NCBI GenBank assembly: GCA_039715015.1
Contig: JBDLIE010000009.1
Span: 1-64,000, forward strand
Length of the DNA: 64,000 bases
From: Thermodesulfobacteriota bacterium
GTDB lineage: Bacteria > Desulfobacterota > Desulfobulbia > Desulfobulbales > SURF-16
Direction of reading: 5' to 3'
In this document: positions 1-10,008 of the stretch, one piece after another
Numbering within the stretch: position 1 is the stretch's first letter
Layout: each line of letters begins with the position of its first letter
Program-made: the position numbers and the translations under genes
Notes under the pieces: model-generated
Told to the model about the DNA's origin: nothing
Seen by the model: only the letters and a program-made list of their open reading frames with translations
Database searches by the model: none

Positions 1-34
1 ATGGTACTGCATGGGTGACTGTGTGGGAGAGTAG
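1..34 (+). CDS. Possible 3' end of an upstream gene (…WYCMGDCVGE*)
   Basis: Frame from nt 2 is open to TAG at 32-34 and is followed by a terminator hairpin; too short to identify. Confidence 0.3.
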   Translation, partial: WYCMGDCVGE

Positions 35-58
35 GTCGTTGCCGAATTTTTCTTCTAT

Positions 59-98
59 AAAAATGCCTTACCGTTACCACCGGTAAGGCATTTTTTTT
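59..98. terminator. Bidirectional intrinsic terminator
   Basis: AAAAATGCCTTACCG-ttaccac-CGGTAAGGCATTTTTTTT; perfect stem with A- and T-tracts. Confidence 0.85.
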
Positions 99-120
99 GC
101 TGCGAATATGAAGGAGGCTT

Positions 121-666
121 CTAAAAGTGCATTCGTAACTCAAGCTGATGCATATTCAGGCTGGGGTTTTTTGTGTAAATCGAACCATTCGACTCATGAT
201 AAAGTCCATATCCTATGCTGAAATTTGATGTGGGCCAGTAATTAACTCCGACATTAAAGCGAAAAAAAATAGGGCCACCAAAGTCGGCATCGCCAAGCTC
301 GTCATCGGACATCACTCCCGCGCCTATGCCTGTTTTTAACGACACGATACGGTTAGGGGAATAGATGAAAAAATCGATAACCGCAGCACCCTTCCCCCCT
401 GTTTCACCTTGCCCGTCAATAATTGCTACACCAAAATCAAGCATCGACTCAAAGTGCCAATCATTTGGAAATTTGGACGTCCACGGCAGTTCAAATGATG
501 TGAATACTTCATACTGCTCAAAATAAATATCATCCCTGTCCATAGTGGTGCTGATACGTATACCAAAAGGGTACATTTTTTTGTCAGCAGCTTCTGCGCT
601 GCTGAAGAATATCGAGAATGCGAAAGCTAAAACAAAAGTAAACATTACAGGTCGCAGCACGTTCAT
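121..666 (-). CDS. PagL-like lipid A 3-O-deacylase / acyloxyacyl hydrolase family outer-membrane beta-barrel
   Basis: Signal peptide from ATG 666 (MNVLRPVMFTFVLAFAFSIFFSSAEA), alternating beta-strand pattern, catalytic-type YHESNG…NPSLN motif, terminal Phe. Confidence 0.7.
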   Translation of the reverse strand: MNVLRPVMFTFVLAFAFSIFFSSAEAADKKMYPFGIRISTTMDRDDIYFEQYEVFTSFELPWTSKFPNDWHFESMLDFGVAIIDGQGETGGKGAAVIDFFIYSPNRIVSLKTGIGAGVMSDDELGDADFGGPIFFRFNVGVNYWPTSNFSIGYGLYHESNGSIYTKNPSLNMHQLELRMHF

Positions 667-909
667 AGCTTTTTCCTTTTTGTTTTCAATTAGTTCAGTG
701 ATGATTCTCTCTATTCTAGAATCTCGCACGATGTTGCTGCTTGTCAAGAATTTTTCTTGTTTTGCTAAAGCTAATTTTCTGTTTTTAAAGAGTTTTCTGA
801 ATACCTTGCTGCATCCTATCCTTGACATTTTTTTAGAAAAACTGCTGAAGTGTTCCCCTTTGCGCCACGTCAACCATGGGCCTTAGAGTCGATTATTCAT
901 TTCCCATAT

Positions 910-944
910 AAAAAAAGCCTTACCGGTTAGGTAAGGCTTTTTTT
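910..944. terminator. Intrinsic terminator (bidirectional form)
   Basis: AAAAAAAGCCTTACC-ggtta-GGTAAGGCTTTTTTT, downstream of the 986..1291 gene. Confidence 0.85.
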
Positions 945-985
945 ATATTATGGTGCGCTCTAATTTTCTTTTTTACTGAATAAAA

Positions 986-1291
986 TTATTCGGTGGTTTC
1001 AATCATAATTTCTATAGCAGTTTCACACTGCCAGCCCCAACCTTTCTGCTTCTCGATAAAGGCGGCGGCTTTTTCCTCACAGTAACCTGCCTGACCCTGG
1101 GAGCTCCATAAGACTTTGCTTCCCGTGTCCTTCGTATACTGAACCTCACAGGGAACTTCTCCTTCACCTGTGTAAACGACTTCGATAATTCTTTCCTGGA
1201 TGCCGTGGCTACAAACTGTTCTTTGGTTCTCCATGGCAAAAGTAGTATTTGCGGTCAATGCAAAGAAAAGAGCAAACAATAAGGTTTTCAT
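986..1291 (-). CDS. Small secreted hypothetical protein with four Cys
   Basis: GGAG RBS, signal peptide (MKTLLFALFFALTANTTFA), 101 aa, followed by terminator. Confidence 0.75.
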   Translation of the reverse strand: MKTLLFALFFALTANTTFAMENQRTVCSHGIQERIIEVVYTGEGEVPCEVQYTKDTGSKVLWSSQGQAGYCEEKAAAFIEKQKGWGWQCETAIEIMIETTE

Positions 1292-1574
1292 AGCTTCTCC
1301 ATGTGGTGCGAAGAATGATATCTTTCGCGGGGTTGGTCTTTAAAAGGTTATTTGGAAACTGTAACGAACATCATATCCTTTTTTTTTTGATTCGTCTTTT
1401 ATTAATCCTATGAAATAGTTGAAGGTTTTCATGAGGGATGTTTGAGTAATGGTTGAACGATGTCTTATATCACTTATCCATTAAGTGGTTGAGGAGAGTA
1501 GAATAATAGTTGTATAACGTGTGGGAAATTTAGTTGTTCTTACCTTGAATACCTTCTGCTTATTAGGTGACAAC

Positions 1575-2393
1575 ATGGCGGCTATGAGCCCCAAAGAAGT
1601 TCTGACAGCTTGGGAAAATGCGTATCTGGATCAATGTCAAACGGCACGAGTCGGTAGTCTGTTTCGAGGCACCATTCATAATCTTAATGGTGTGGTGCAG
1701 GCCTTCTCCATGCAGTCAGAGCTCTTTGCGATGATGTTTGTTAAGGCTGACAGGCTTCTTGAGGAGGCTTTGTGCACCGTTCAGGACGATAATGCCCGTG
1801 ATAAAATTACTCAAGTTCGAGAACTCATGCAAAAGAGGCAACGAACCCTTGAGCAGGTTGAGGAAAAGATCCTTCTGAGCCAAGATATTCTCAAAAATAA
1901 TGATGATATCCGCCACAAATATAAGAAGGGGGGTAGCTCAGCCACTCTTCATTCGTTAATTGAAGATGTTGTCTCTTTTTTTAATTCACATATGTTTTTT
2001 AAACATAAGGTGAAGAAAAATGTGAGTGTTAATGCTGATCTTCCCCTTGGTGAAAAGGCCTTTGCCATCAGTGTTGTCCTTGCCAATATCTTAGAAAACA
2101 GCATCCAGGCAATGGAGCAAAATTCAGATGTAGATCCCTGTTTTGCCATTCGCAGTTTTATGAAAAATGACAAGGTCATTATAGAGATTGAGGATAATGG
2201 CATAGGGGTGCCAGAAGATATCCGGGGAGCGCTTTTCCAGGAGTTTGTTTCTGCAACCCCAGGCCATCATGGCCTTGGATTATACCAAGCAAAGAAATTG
2301 GTTAGCGATATGGGGGGCGAAATTGAAATTACACGGCTGGCCCATCCTACTATTTTTACCATCAATATGCCGATGAATTTAGGGAAGGAATAG
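1575..2393 (+). CDS. Cytoplasmic histidine kinase lacking a sensor domain
   Basis: H-box-like GTIHNLNG, N-box ANILENSIQAM, G1 IEDNGIG, F-box LFQEF, G2 GLGLY; AGGTG RBS before ATG 1575. Confidence 0.8.
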   Translation: MAAMSPKEVLTAWENAYLDQCQTARVGSLFRGTIHNLNGVVQAFSMQSELFAMMFVKADRLLEEALCTVQDDNARDKITQVRELMQKRQRTLEQVEEKILLSQDILKNNDDIRHKYKKGGSSATLHSLIEDVVSFFNSHMFFKHKVKKNVSVNADLPLGEKAFAISVVLANILENSIQAMEQNSDVDPCFAIRSFMKNDKVIIEIEDNGIGVPEDIRGALFQEFVSATPGHHGLGLYQAKKLVSDMGGEIEITRLAHPTIFTINMPMNLGKE

Positions 2394-2396
2394 GCT

Positions 2397-3236
2397 TTGG
2401 CTGGCCCTGGTATTTTATTTGTTGTGCCCACTCCCATTGGCAATCTTGAGGATATAACCATCCGGGCTACCCGTGTTCTTGCCGAGGTCGACCTCATTGC
2501 TGCGGAAGATACCCGCCATACGCGCAAATTGCTGAGTCATCTTGGAATTACCACACCTTTGCAGAGTTATTACCGTGGCCAGGAGGCGAAGCAGGGCCAA
2601 CGGCTTCTAGCAGAACTTGAGGCGGGCAAGAATATCGCCCTGGTTTCCGATGCCGGTACTCCTGCCATTTCTGACCCGGGCACCCGTCTGGTTCGTCTCT
2701 GTCATGAGCATGGTATCCAGGTAATCCCCTTGCCCGGGCCATCAGCGGTAACGACGTTGGTCAGTGGTTCCGGCCTTGCTGATGATGGTTACACCTTTTT
2801 GGGATTTCTTCCCTCCAAGAAAGGACAGCGCCGCAAGGTGCTGCAAAGTCATCTGTACGATATCCTTCCCTTTGTCCTTTACGAATCACCACGGCGTATT
2901 CTTGCAACCTTGACAGACATTGTTGATATTCTTGGCGATCGAAAAATATGTTTCGGTCGTGAACTCTCGAAGCTTTATGAAGAGTTGATGGTGGCCACTG
3001 TCAGTGAGTTGCAGAAAGAGCTGACTGCCCGCTCGTCGGTGAGGGGCGAGATTGTCATGATTGTTGATGGCAGCAAAGAGGTCGAAGCCGCCAGTCCTGG
3101 CGATATCCCTGAACTCCTTGCGGCCTTACGCCGACAGGGGTTGTCCATGAAAGACGCCGTCCAGAAGATTAGTCATGATCTTGGCGAAAAGCGTTCCGAT
3201 ATCTATAAAATAGGCCTGCAGGTCTGGAAAGACTGA
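2397..3236 (+). CDS. rsmI: 16S rRNA (cytidine1402-2'-O)-methyltransferase
   Basis: VVPTPIGNLEDIT…AAEDTR, VSDAGTPAISDPG, YESPRR, RELSKLYEE motifs. Confidence 0.95.
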   Translation: MAGPGILFVVPTPIGNLEDITIRATRVLAEVDLIAAEDTRHTRKLLSHLGITTPLQSYYRGQEAKQGQRLLAELEAGKNIALVSDAGTPAISDPGTRLVRLCHEHGIQVIPLPGPSAVTTLVSGSGLADDGYTFLGFLPSKKGQRRKVLQSHLYDILPFVLYESPRRILATLTDIVDILGDRKICFGRELSKLYEELMVATVSELQKELTARSSVRGEIVMIVDGSKEVEAASPGDIPELLAALRRQGLSMKDAVQKISHDLGEKRSDIYKIGLQVWKD

Positions 3237-3306
3237 GGCCTACCCGTGCGGATATCCATCCTCAATTACTAGCCTCTGGAGTTATGGGGAGGGGCTAGGC
3301 CGACTT

Positions 3307-4380
3307 TTATTTCTGAGGCCATTTTTTGCGGATGATAAGCCAGGTCGGCTTAATAGAAAGAGCAATCACCAGCAGGGCACTTGCTAGCTGGATTCCATGG
3401 GGAATAATTTCTGCAGCTTTGCCGGTTACTGCCCGGACATCTAAGTTGAGCAGGGTGTATATTTGGTCAACCGCCAACCCGAAGATTACCGCAAAAAGAG
3501 CGATTGTGAAGAGGTAGAGCACGGCGGCCCGTTTTCCCAAAATACCAGTGAGTACAGAGAGGGAGGTGATATTGGTGGCCGGGCCTGTAAGCAGAAAGAC
3601 AAGGGCTGTTCCTGGGCTGATTCCCTTCAAGATGAGGGCTGCGGCAATGGGTGTTGAGGCACTGGCACAGATATAAATAGGGATACCAATGAGCAGCATG
3701 AGGAACATGGAGGTCAGTCCGCCACCAAGGTATGATCTCAGGAAATCTTCAGGCAGGAGACCGCTGATAAGACCACCAAGCAAAATACCAAGCAAGAAAT
3801 AAGGGGCAATGTCACCCCATAATTCTATGAAAGCATATTTGATGCCCTGCAGAAGCTCTTTGGCAAAGGGAGTTTTTTCCTTGTTAAAAGGGTTTGTGCC
3901 AATGGCGGAGGTCTGACCTGCCATGGGCAGAATAGTGGCTGGCTTGACAATGGCATCCGAGGGAGGGTTGACAATATTTTCCGCAAAGCCGGCAAAAAGG
4001 GCGGTGATCAGGGCGGCCAAAGGGCGGGCAATGGTAAGCAGTGGATCCAGTAAGGCATAGGTGATGGAGATGGAATCCACCCCTGATTCCGGAGTGGATA
4101 TCAAAAAAGCGGCTGTGGCACCGTTGTTCGCCCCCTGTTTTTTAAGACCGGCAGCTGCTGGAAGCACTCCACAGGAACAAAGGGGCAGGGGAATACCAAA
4201 AAGGGCGGCCTTAATAACCGGCAGAAATTTCCCCCTGCCAAGATGTTTGCCGATAAAGTCAGCAGGCATGAAGACCTTGATCAGGCCACCAAAGGCAATG
4301 CCAAAGATAATATAGGGGGATGCCTCAAGGAGCATGGCCCATGATTCGATGAGAACTCGTAGAAAAATTGATTCAATCAT
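3307..4380 (-). CDS. DUF318/ArsP-family permease (SO_0444-like metal efflux transporter)
   Basis: Multi-TM protein with duplicated motifs PLPLCSCGVLP…FLISTPE and PIYICASASTP…FLLTGP. Confidence 0.85.
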   Translation of the reverse strand: MIESIFLRVLIESWAMLLEASPYIIFGIAFGGLIKVFMPADFIGKHLGRGKFLPVIKAALFGIPLPLCSCGVLPAAAGLKKQGANNGATAAFLISTPESGVDSISITYALLDPLLTIARPLAALITALFAGFAENIVNPPSDAIVKPATILPMAGQTSAIGTNPFNKEKTPFAKELLQGIKYAFIELWGDIAPYFLLGILLGGLISGLLPEDFLRSYLGGGLTSMFLMLLIGIPIYICASASTPIAAALILKGISPGTALVFLLTGPATNITSLSVLTGILGKRAAVLYLFTIALFAVIFGLAVDQIYTLLNLDVRAVTGKAAEIIPHGIQLASALLVIALSIKPTWLIIRKKWPQK

Positions 4381-4563
4381 AAGGTTTGAGTAGTAATTAA
4401 GGGCTTTTGAAAATAGCGGAATTGAGGGTTAAGAGTAAGGGCAGAAGGGGGGATTGTCAATGGACGCTTTGGCCTACTGAAGTTGGCCTGATAAAGCTTG
4501 TAAACTCATAGTATATGAGCTATTTTTCATGTTTTAATCGTCTTACAAAGGTGCGGCAAGGGC

Positions 4564-5166
4564 ATGAAAAAAGTTCGGGATTATTATTTTAAAAAAGCAA
4601 AGCAGGAAAAGTATCCCGCCCGGTCTGTCTTTAAACTTGAAGAGGCCCAGAAGCGCTTTAAAGTTCTGAAAAAAGGCGACACTGTCCTTGATCTGGGGTG
4701 TAGTCCTGGAAGCTGGTCCATCTATGCCGCCAAGCAGATAGGGCCTTCGGGACGAGTTGTTGGTGTTGATCTGCATACAACACATAAATACGCCTTTGCC
4801 GGGGCAGCTCCCATGGAGCTTTTAAAGGCGGATATCTATTCGGAAGAAATTTTCAGCCAACTTGCCTCCATAAGATTCAACGTGGTTTTAAGTGACATGG
4901 CACCTGCCACCACCGGCCATAAGTTTTCAGACCATCTCCGCAGTCTTGAACTCTCCCGGCGGGCTCTAGAGATTGCCGAAGCTGTTTTGGCGGAGGGTGG
5001 CAATTTCTACTGTAAGGTCTTCCAGGGTGAGGACTTTTCTGAATACGTTGATGAAGTTCGTAAATCATTTAAAAAGGTAAAGGTGGTTAAGCCAAAATCC
5101 TCACGGCTGGAAAGCCGAGAGGTCTTTGTCCTTGCCATGCATTTTAAACAGAAGCGAAGCGGTTAA
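4564..5166 (+). CDS. rlmE: 23S rRNA 2'-O-methyltransferase RlmE/FtsJ
   Basis: YPARSVFKL, VLDLGCSPGSW, VLSDMAP, KPKSSR. Confidence 0.93.
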   Translation: MKKVRDYYFKKAKQEKYPARSVFKLEEAQKRFKVLKKGDTVLDLGCSPGSWSIYAAKQIGPSGRVVGVDLHTTHKYAFAGAAPMELLKADIYSEEIFSQLASIRFNVVLSDMAPATTGHKFSDHLRSLELSRRALEIAEAVLAEGGNFYCKVFQGEDFSEYVDEVRKSFKKVKVVKPKSSRLESREVFVLAMHFKQKRSG

Positions 5167-5193
5167 GCCGCATTTTATACAGGGAGGGAAGAC

Positions 5194-5943
5194 ATGGCCG
5201 GACATTCTAAATGGGCAAATATCAAACATCGTAAAGGGGCCCAGGATGCCAAGCGCGGCAAAATTTTCACCAGGCTGATCAAAGAAATCACCGTGGCTGC
5301 CCGCATGGGTGGTGGCGCCCCAGAGTCTAATCCCCGTCTGCGTTCAGCAGTTGCCGCAGCCAAGGGCGAGAATATGCCCAAGGATAATATCGAGCGGGCT
5401 ATTAAAAAAGGTACCGGCGAACTTGAGGGCGAGACCTATGAGGAGATCCGCTACGAGGGGTACGGACCGGGTGGTGTGGCAGTTCTTGTGGACTGTATGA
5501 CCGATAACCGCAACCGTACCGTGGGCGAGGTTCGCCATGCCTTCTCCAAGAGCGGCGGAAATCTAGGCGAATCAGGCTGTGTGGCCTTTATGTTTGACCG
5601 CAAGGGCTCCATCATCGTCGATAAAGAGACCATAGATGAAGAGAAATTGATGGACGTGGCCCTTGAGGCAGGTGCTGACGATGTTGTCGAAGAAGAGACA
5701 ACTTTTCAGGTTTTGACGGCCCCTGAGGATTTTGATACCGTTCGCGAGGAGCTTGAAAAAGCCGGGGTGGAGATGGTGGAGGCGGCGATCGCCATGATCC
5801 CTCAGAATACCGTGGATGTTGCCGAAGAAAAGAAGGCAGCCTCTCTCATGCGTCTTATTGATACCCTTGAGGACAATGATGATGTCCAGCATGTCCATGC
5901 CAATTTCGATATCCCTGATGAAATATTGGACAAGTTGGCTTAA
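5194..5943 (+). CDS. yebC: YebC/PmpR family protein
   Basis: [29 protein letters not shown]; typical position before ruvC. Confidence 0.96.
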   Translation: MAGHSKWANIKHRKGAQDAKRGKIFTRLIKEITVAARMGGGAPESNPRLRSAVAAAKGENMPKDNIERAIKKGTGELEGETYEEIRYEGYGPGGVAVLVDCMTDNRNRTVGEVRHAFSKSGGNLGESGCVAFMFDRKGSIIVDKETIDEEKLMDVALEAGADDVVEEETTFQVLTAPEDFDTVREELEKAGVEMVEAAIAMIPQNTVDVAEEKKAASLMRLIDTLEDNDDVQHVHANFDIPDEILDKLA

Positions 5944-5955
5944 AGGGGCAAAGGT

Positions 5956-6441
5956 ATGGCACATCGTGGCCAGCTGATACTCGGTATTGATCCGGGATCG
6001 CGGATTACTGGCTATGGCCTGATAAAGCAGGAAGGCCTGCAGCTCAGCTTTGTTTCTTGCGGCGTCATCCGTCCCGATACAAAGCTGGACTTTGCCGACC
6101 GGCTGTTTGAGATCTACGAGGGTATTTCCCAGGTCATTGACCAGCACAATCCCGACCAGATGGCCATTGAGGATGTTTTTGTCAGCGTTAATCCCCGATC
6201 GGCCCTGAAGCTTGGTCATGCCCGTGGCGTTCTTCTTCTGGCCGGCAAAACCCATGGCCTTCCCATTGGTGAATATACACCGCGAACCGTTAAGCAGACG
6301 GTGGCAGGGTATGGACAGGCGGAAAAGGCGCAAATACAGCAGGTGGTCCGGGTCCTTTTAAAGCTTTCCGGCAACCCCAGTGAGGATGCTGCCGATGCCC
6401 TTGCTGTTGCTATCTGCCATGCCCATCATGCACTGGCCTAA
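5956..6441 (+). CDS. ruvC: Holliday junction resolvase
   Basis: ILGIDPGSRITGYG, AIEDVF, DAADALAVAICH. Confidence 0.96.
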   Translation: MAHRGQLILGIDPGSRITGYGLIKQEGLQLSFVSCGVIRPDTKLDFADRLFEIYEGISQVIDQHNPDQMAIEDVFVSVNPRSALKLGHARGVLLLAGKTHGLPIGEYTPRTVKQTVAGYGQAEKAQIQQVVRVLLKLSGNPSEDAADALAVAICHAHHALA

Positions 6442-6533
6442 GTATTGTACAAAATGGCCGCATGGGATATCGTTTACCAGGTGATGGCCTCTTTTTATTT
6501 CTTTTCTCCTATCCCTTCTGGAATCCAAGAATA

Positions 6534-7148
6534 ATGATTGCTTCGTTGCGCGGCATAGTACAGTTTAAATATCCAGACCGGATTATTATTGATGTGCATG
6601 GCGTGGGCTATGAGGTGTCCATGCCCGAAAGCGCTCTTTTTGCTGTGCCAGATGAAGGGCACGAGGTCTTTCTTTACATCCATTCCCATATCCGGGAGGA
6701 TGCCTTCTTGCTCTTTGGGTTCTCCGACTTCCAGGAGAAACAAACTTTCCTGCTGCTTCTTTCTGTCTCCGGTGTTGGCCCAAAGCTGGCCTTGGCAATT
6801 TTGTCAGGTGTCTCTCCGGCTGATTTGGCTCGCGCCGTATCTGCTGATGACATAGGACGATTGACCCGGATTTCCGGGGTGGGCAAGAAAACAGCTGAAC
6901 GGCTCTGTTTGGAGCTTAAGGACAAAGTCGATTTTATCCCTGCCTCTGAGTCCGTGGCGGTTGGTAAAGAGCAAGATGATTCCAAGGCCGAAAATACACT
7001 TTTGGACGACGCTGTTTCTGCCCTGGTAAATCTCGGGTATCCTGCCACAAATGCCCAGGAGGCGGTGGCTGCAATTTATGCCTTGCGGGAGGGTGATGTC
7101 GACCTGGAAGACTTGATCCGTCTGGCTCTCAGGTCACTGGCCTCATAA
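6534..7148 (+). CDS. ruvA: Holliday junction branch migration protein RuvA
   Basis: MIASLRG…[25 protein letters not shown]; start moved to ATG 6534 by family N-terminus. Confidence 0.95.
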   Translation: MIASLRGIVQFKYPDRIIIDVHGVGYEVSMPESALFAVPDEGHEVFLYIHSHIREDAFLLFGFSDFQEKQTFLLLLSVSGVGPKLALAILSGVSPADLARAVSADDIGRLTRISGVGKKTAERLCLELKDKVDFIPASESVAVGKEQDDSKAENTLLDDAVSALVNLGYPATNAQEAVAAIYALREGDVDLEDLIRLALRSLAS

Positions 7149-7173
7149 TGTCTTAAGGGGAGCGGTTCTCACC

Positions 7174-8223
7174 ATGAATTATGAAGAACGCCTTGTTTCA
7201 ACAGAGAATGTCGGCGATCAGGAGATTTTTCAGGAGTATGACCTGCGCCCTAAGAGTCTGGCCCAGTATATCGGCCAGCAGCAGGTAAAGTCTAACCTGG
7301 AGATTGCCATCCAGGCGGCCAAGGGCCGTGGCGAGCCCATGGACCATATCCTCTTTCACGGTTTTCCTGGCCTTGGCAAAACAACTCTGGCCTATATCAT
7401 TGCCCAGGAGATGGGGGCCAATATCCGGGTTACCTCCGGACCTGTAATAGAGAGGCCCGGCGATCTGGCCGCCATCCTCACCAGTCTCCAGGAGGGTGAT
7501 GTCCTTTTTATTGATGAGATCCATCGCTTAAACCATGTGGTGGAGGAGATTCTTTATCCGGCCATGGAGGATTTTCAGTTGGACCTTGTCATTGGTCAGG
7601 GGCCTGGGGCCCGATCGGTTAAGATGGATCTGCCCCGCTTTACCCTGGTTGGTGCCACCACCAGAACAGGGCTGCTCACTCCGCCCCTCCGGGATCGTTT
7701 TGGGGTGGTTCTGCGCTTGGGATTTTATAAACCAGAAGAGTTGGTTTCCATTGTTACCCGCTCTGCGGCCCTTCTTGATGTTCCCATTGATAAAGATGGT
7801 GCCCTGGAAATGGGGCGTCGTTCTCGGGGTACCCCCCGTATTGCTAATCGACTTTTAAAAAGGGTACGTGACTACGCCCAGGTTAAGGGGGATGGCAGTA
7901 TCACCGCGGAGATCGCTGACCAGGCCCTGCAGCTCCTTGAGGTGGACCATATTGGCCTTGACGAGATGGATAGGCGTATTTTGCTCACCATCATCGATAA
8001 GTTCCAGGGCGGTCCCACTGGCCTGGATACCCTGGCCACCGCTGTCTGCGAGGAACGTAGTACCCTGGAGGATGTCTACGAACCCTTTCTCATCCAATGC
8101 GGTTTTTTGACCAGGACGCCTCGGGGCAGGATGGCAACTCTGAACGCCTATGAACATTTCGGCAGGGCTGTTGAGTATAAACAACCCTTGGAAAGGTCAG
8201 AGACCCTGCCTTTTAGTAGCTAG
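7174..8223 (+). CDS. ruvB: Holliday junction branch migration helicase RuvB
   Basis: LRPKSL…[38 protein letters not shown]. Confidence 0.97.
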   Translation: MNYEERLVSTENVGDQEIFQEYDLRPKSLAQYIGQQQVKSNLEIAIQAAKGRGEPMDHILFHGFPGLGKTTLAYIIAQEMGANIRVTSGPVIERPGDLAAILTSLQEGDVLFIDEIHRLNHVVEEILYPAMEDFQLDLVIGQGPGARSVKMDLPRFTLVGATTRTGLLTPPLRDRFGVVLRLGFYKPEELVSIVTRSAALLDVPIDKDGALEMGRRSRGTPRIANRLLKRVRDYAQVKGDGSITAEIADQALQLLEVDHIGLDEMDRRILLTIIDKFQGGPTGLDTLATAVCEERSTLEDVYEPFLIQCGFLTRTPRGRMATLNAYEHFGRAVEYKQPLERSETLPFSS

Positions 8224-8288
8224 CAAGAGGCGAAAAGGACAAGCTCCTTTTGTTGTTCGGTTGTTTTCAAAAGTAAAGGTGTGATATT

Positions 8289-9122
8289 ATGCAGAATATG
8301 AAGCTTTCAGCCCCAGATATAATCGCCAAGAAGGGTGAGGAAAAAATTACCATGCTCACCGCATATGATGCCAGTTTTGGTCGTATGCTGGAGTCTGCCG
8401 GGGTGGATATGATCCTGGTCGGCGATTCTCTGGGCATGGTGGTCTTGGGCTATGACTCCACCGTGCCGGTCTCCATGGATGAAATGATCCATCACTCTGC
8501 GGCAGTGCGCCGGGGAGCTTCTGATACCATGCTCGTTGGTGATATGCCGTTTCTCTCCTATCAGGTTTCCAAAAAGGAGGCAGTGGTCAATGCTGGGCGC
8601 TTTTTCAAGGAGGCTGGCTGTGATGCTGTTAAGTTGGAAGGGGGGCGTGAGGTATGCAAGGCGGTACAGGCCATTGTAGATGCCGGCATGCCGGTGATGG
8701 GGCATATCGGTTTGACTCCTCAAACAGCTGGTAAGCTTGGCGGTTTTAAGGTTCAGGGCAAGGATGCTCAGTCTGCCAGGCGTCTTCTGAAGGAGGCAAA
8801 GGCCCTTGAAGGGGCCGGTGCCTTCAGTCTGGTCCTTGAGTGTATTCCAGATGGTCTTGCCCAGATCATTTCTGAGGCGATTAGCATCCCAACCATTGGT
8901 ATTGGTGCTGGTGCTGGCTGTGATGGCCAGGTCCTTGTTACCCATGACCTGCTTGGACTTTTTGAAAAATTTGTTCCCAGTTTTGTGAAAAACTATATAA
9001 ACTTAGCTCCTGAGATTAACAAGGCGGTGATCTCTTTCACGACAGAAGTGAAAGATGGAAGTTTCCCGGATGAGGATCATAGTTTTCCCATGAAAATAGA
9101 TCCAAAAGATATCATTAAGTAA
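8289..9122 (+). CDS. panB: 3-methyl-2-oxobutanoate hydroxymethyltransferase
   Basis: MLTAYD, LVGDSLGM, VKLEGG, HIGLTPQ, TIGIGAG. Confidence 0.96.
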   Translation: MQNMKLSAPDIIAKKGEEKITMLTAYDASFGRMLESAGVDMILVGDSLGMVVLGYDSTVPVSMDEMIHHSAAVRRGASDTMLVGDMPFLSYQVSKKEAVVNAGRFFKEAGCDAVKLEGGREVCKAVQAIVDAGMPVMGHIGLTPQTAGKLGGFKVQGKDAQSARRLLKEAKALEGAGAFSLVLECIPDGLAQIISEAISIPTIGIGAGAGCDGQVLVTHDLLGLFEKFVPSFVKNYINLAPEINKAVISFTTEVKDGSFPDEDHSFPMKIDPKDIIK

Positions 9123-9240
9123 ACTGGATCGACCTGTATAGTGGAATAAATGGACGTTTTTTGTCCTCTTTATTTTGAACACAGGTCTGTCGTCACTATC
9201 ATGAGAATGAAGTTTTGTAAGGAGTGCAAGGAATAAACGT

Positions 9241-9999
9241 ATGGATATAGCTACCGTTGTCGGCTTGGCTCTGGGCACCGTTCTCATTCTGGTTGCCATT
9301 CTCCTGGGCGGATCTCTCATCCTCTTTATAAATATCCCCTCTGTAATGATTGTCGGCGGCGGTACCTTTGCCACGGTGATGATCCGTTTCGGCCTTGGTG
9401 ATGTTATTAATGCCACTAAGGTGGCCATGAACGCTTTTTTCACCAAGACCTCCAATCCAGGCCAGGTCATCAAGGAAATAGTTAATCTCGCAAATATCGC
9501 CCGTAAAAATGGCCTGATAGTTCTCGAGCAACAGCCCATTGAGGATGAGTTTCTCAAAAAAGCAATCATGTACTGTGTAGATGGTCATGAGGCCGATTTT
9601 ATCGAGGAAGTCCTGAAAAAAGAGGTGAGCCTCACAGTGGAGCGCCACGATGTCGGGCGCAAGACTTTTGGATCCATGGGCGATGCATCTCCGGCCTTTG
9701 GCATGATCGGTACCCTGGTGGGTCTGGTACAGATGCTTGCCAATATGGCCGATCCCTCCTCCATTGGTCCGGCCATGGCGGTCTGTCTGCTAACCACCCT
9801 CTATGGAGCGGTTTTGGCCAACCTCATTTTCCTGCCCATTGCCGATAAATTGGCCCTGCGTAGCCAGGAGGAGGAACGCAACCGTCGTTTGATCATTGAG
9901 GGGGTTCTTGGCATCCTCAAGGGCCTTAATCCCCGCGTTATGGAAGAGTTTCTGGAAACCTTCCTGCCTCCTAAGGAGCGCGGAGCGGGCGACAAGTAA
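9241..9999 (+). CDS. motA: Flagellar stator A subunit (PomA-like)
   Basis: MDIATVVG, ARKNGLIVLE, PAFGMIGTLVGLVQML, IGPAMAVCLLTTLYG. Confidence 0.93.
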   Translation: MDIATVVGLALGTVLILVAILLGGSLILFINIPSVMIVGGGTFATVMIRFGLGDVINATKVAMNAFFTKTSNPGQVIKEIVNLANIARKNGLIVLEQQPIEDEFLKKAIMYCVDGHEADFIEEVLKKEVSLTVERHDVGRKTFGSMGDASPAFGMIGTLVGLVQMLANMADPSSIGPAMAVCLLTTLYGAVLANLIFLPIADKLALRSQEEERNRRLIIEGVLGILKGLNPRVMEEFLETFLPPKERGAGDK

Positions 10000-10008
10000 G
10001 GAGCTGGC

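Noticed and set aside
59..944. Integron cassette (attC) reading of the twin hairpins
   Set aside because: No RYYYAAC/GTTRRRY core sites and no integrase; the hairpins are ordinary terminator shapes.
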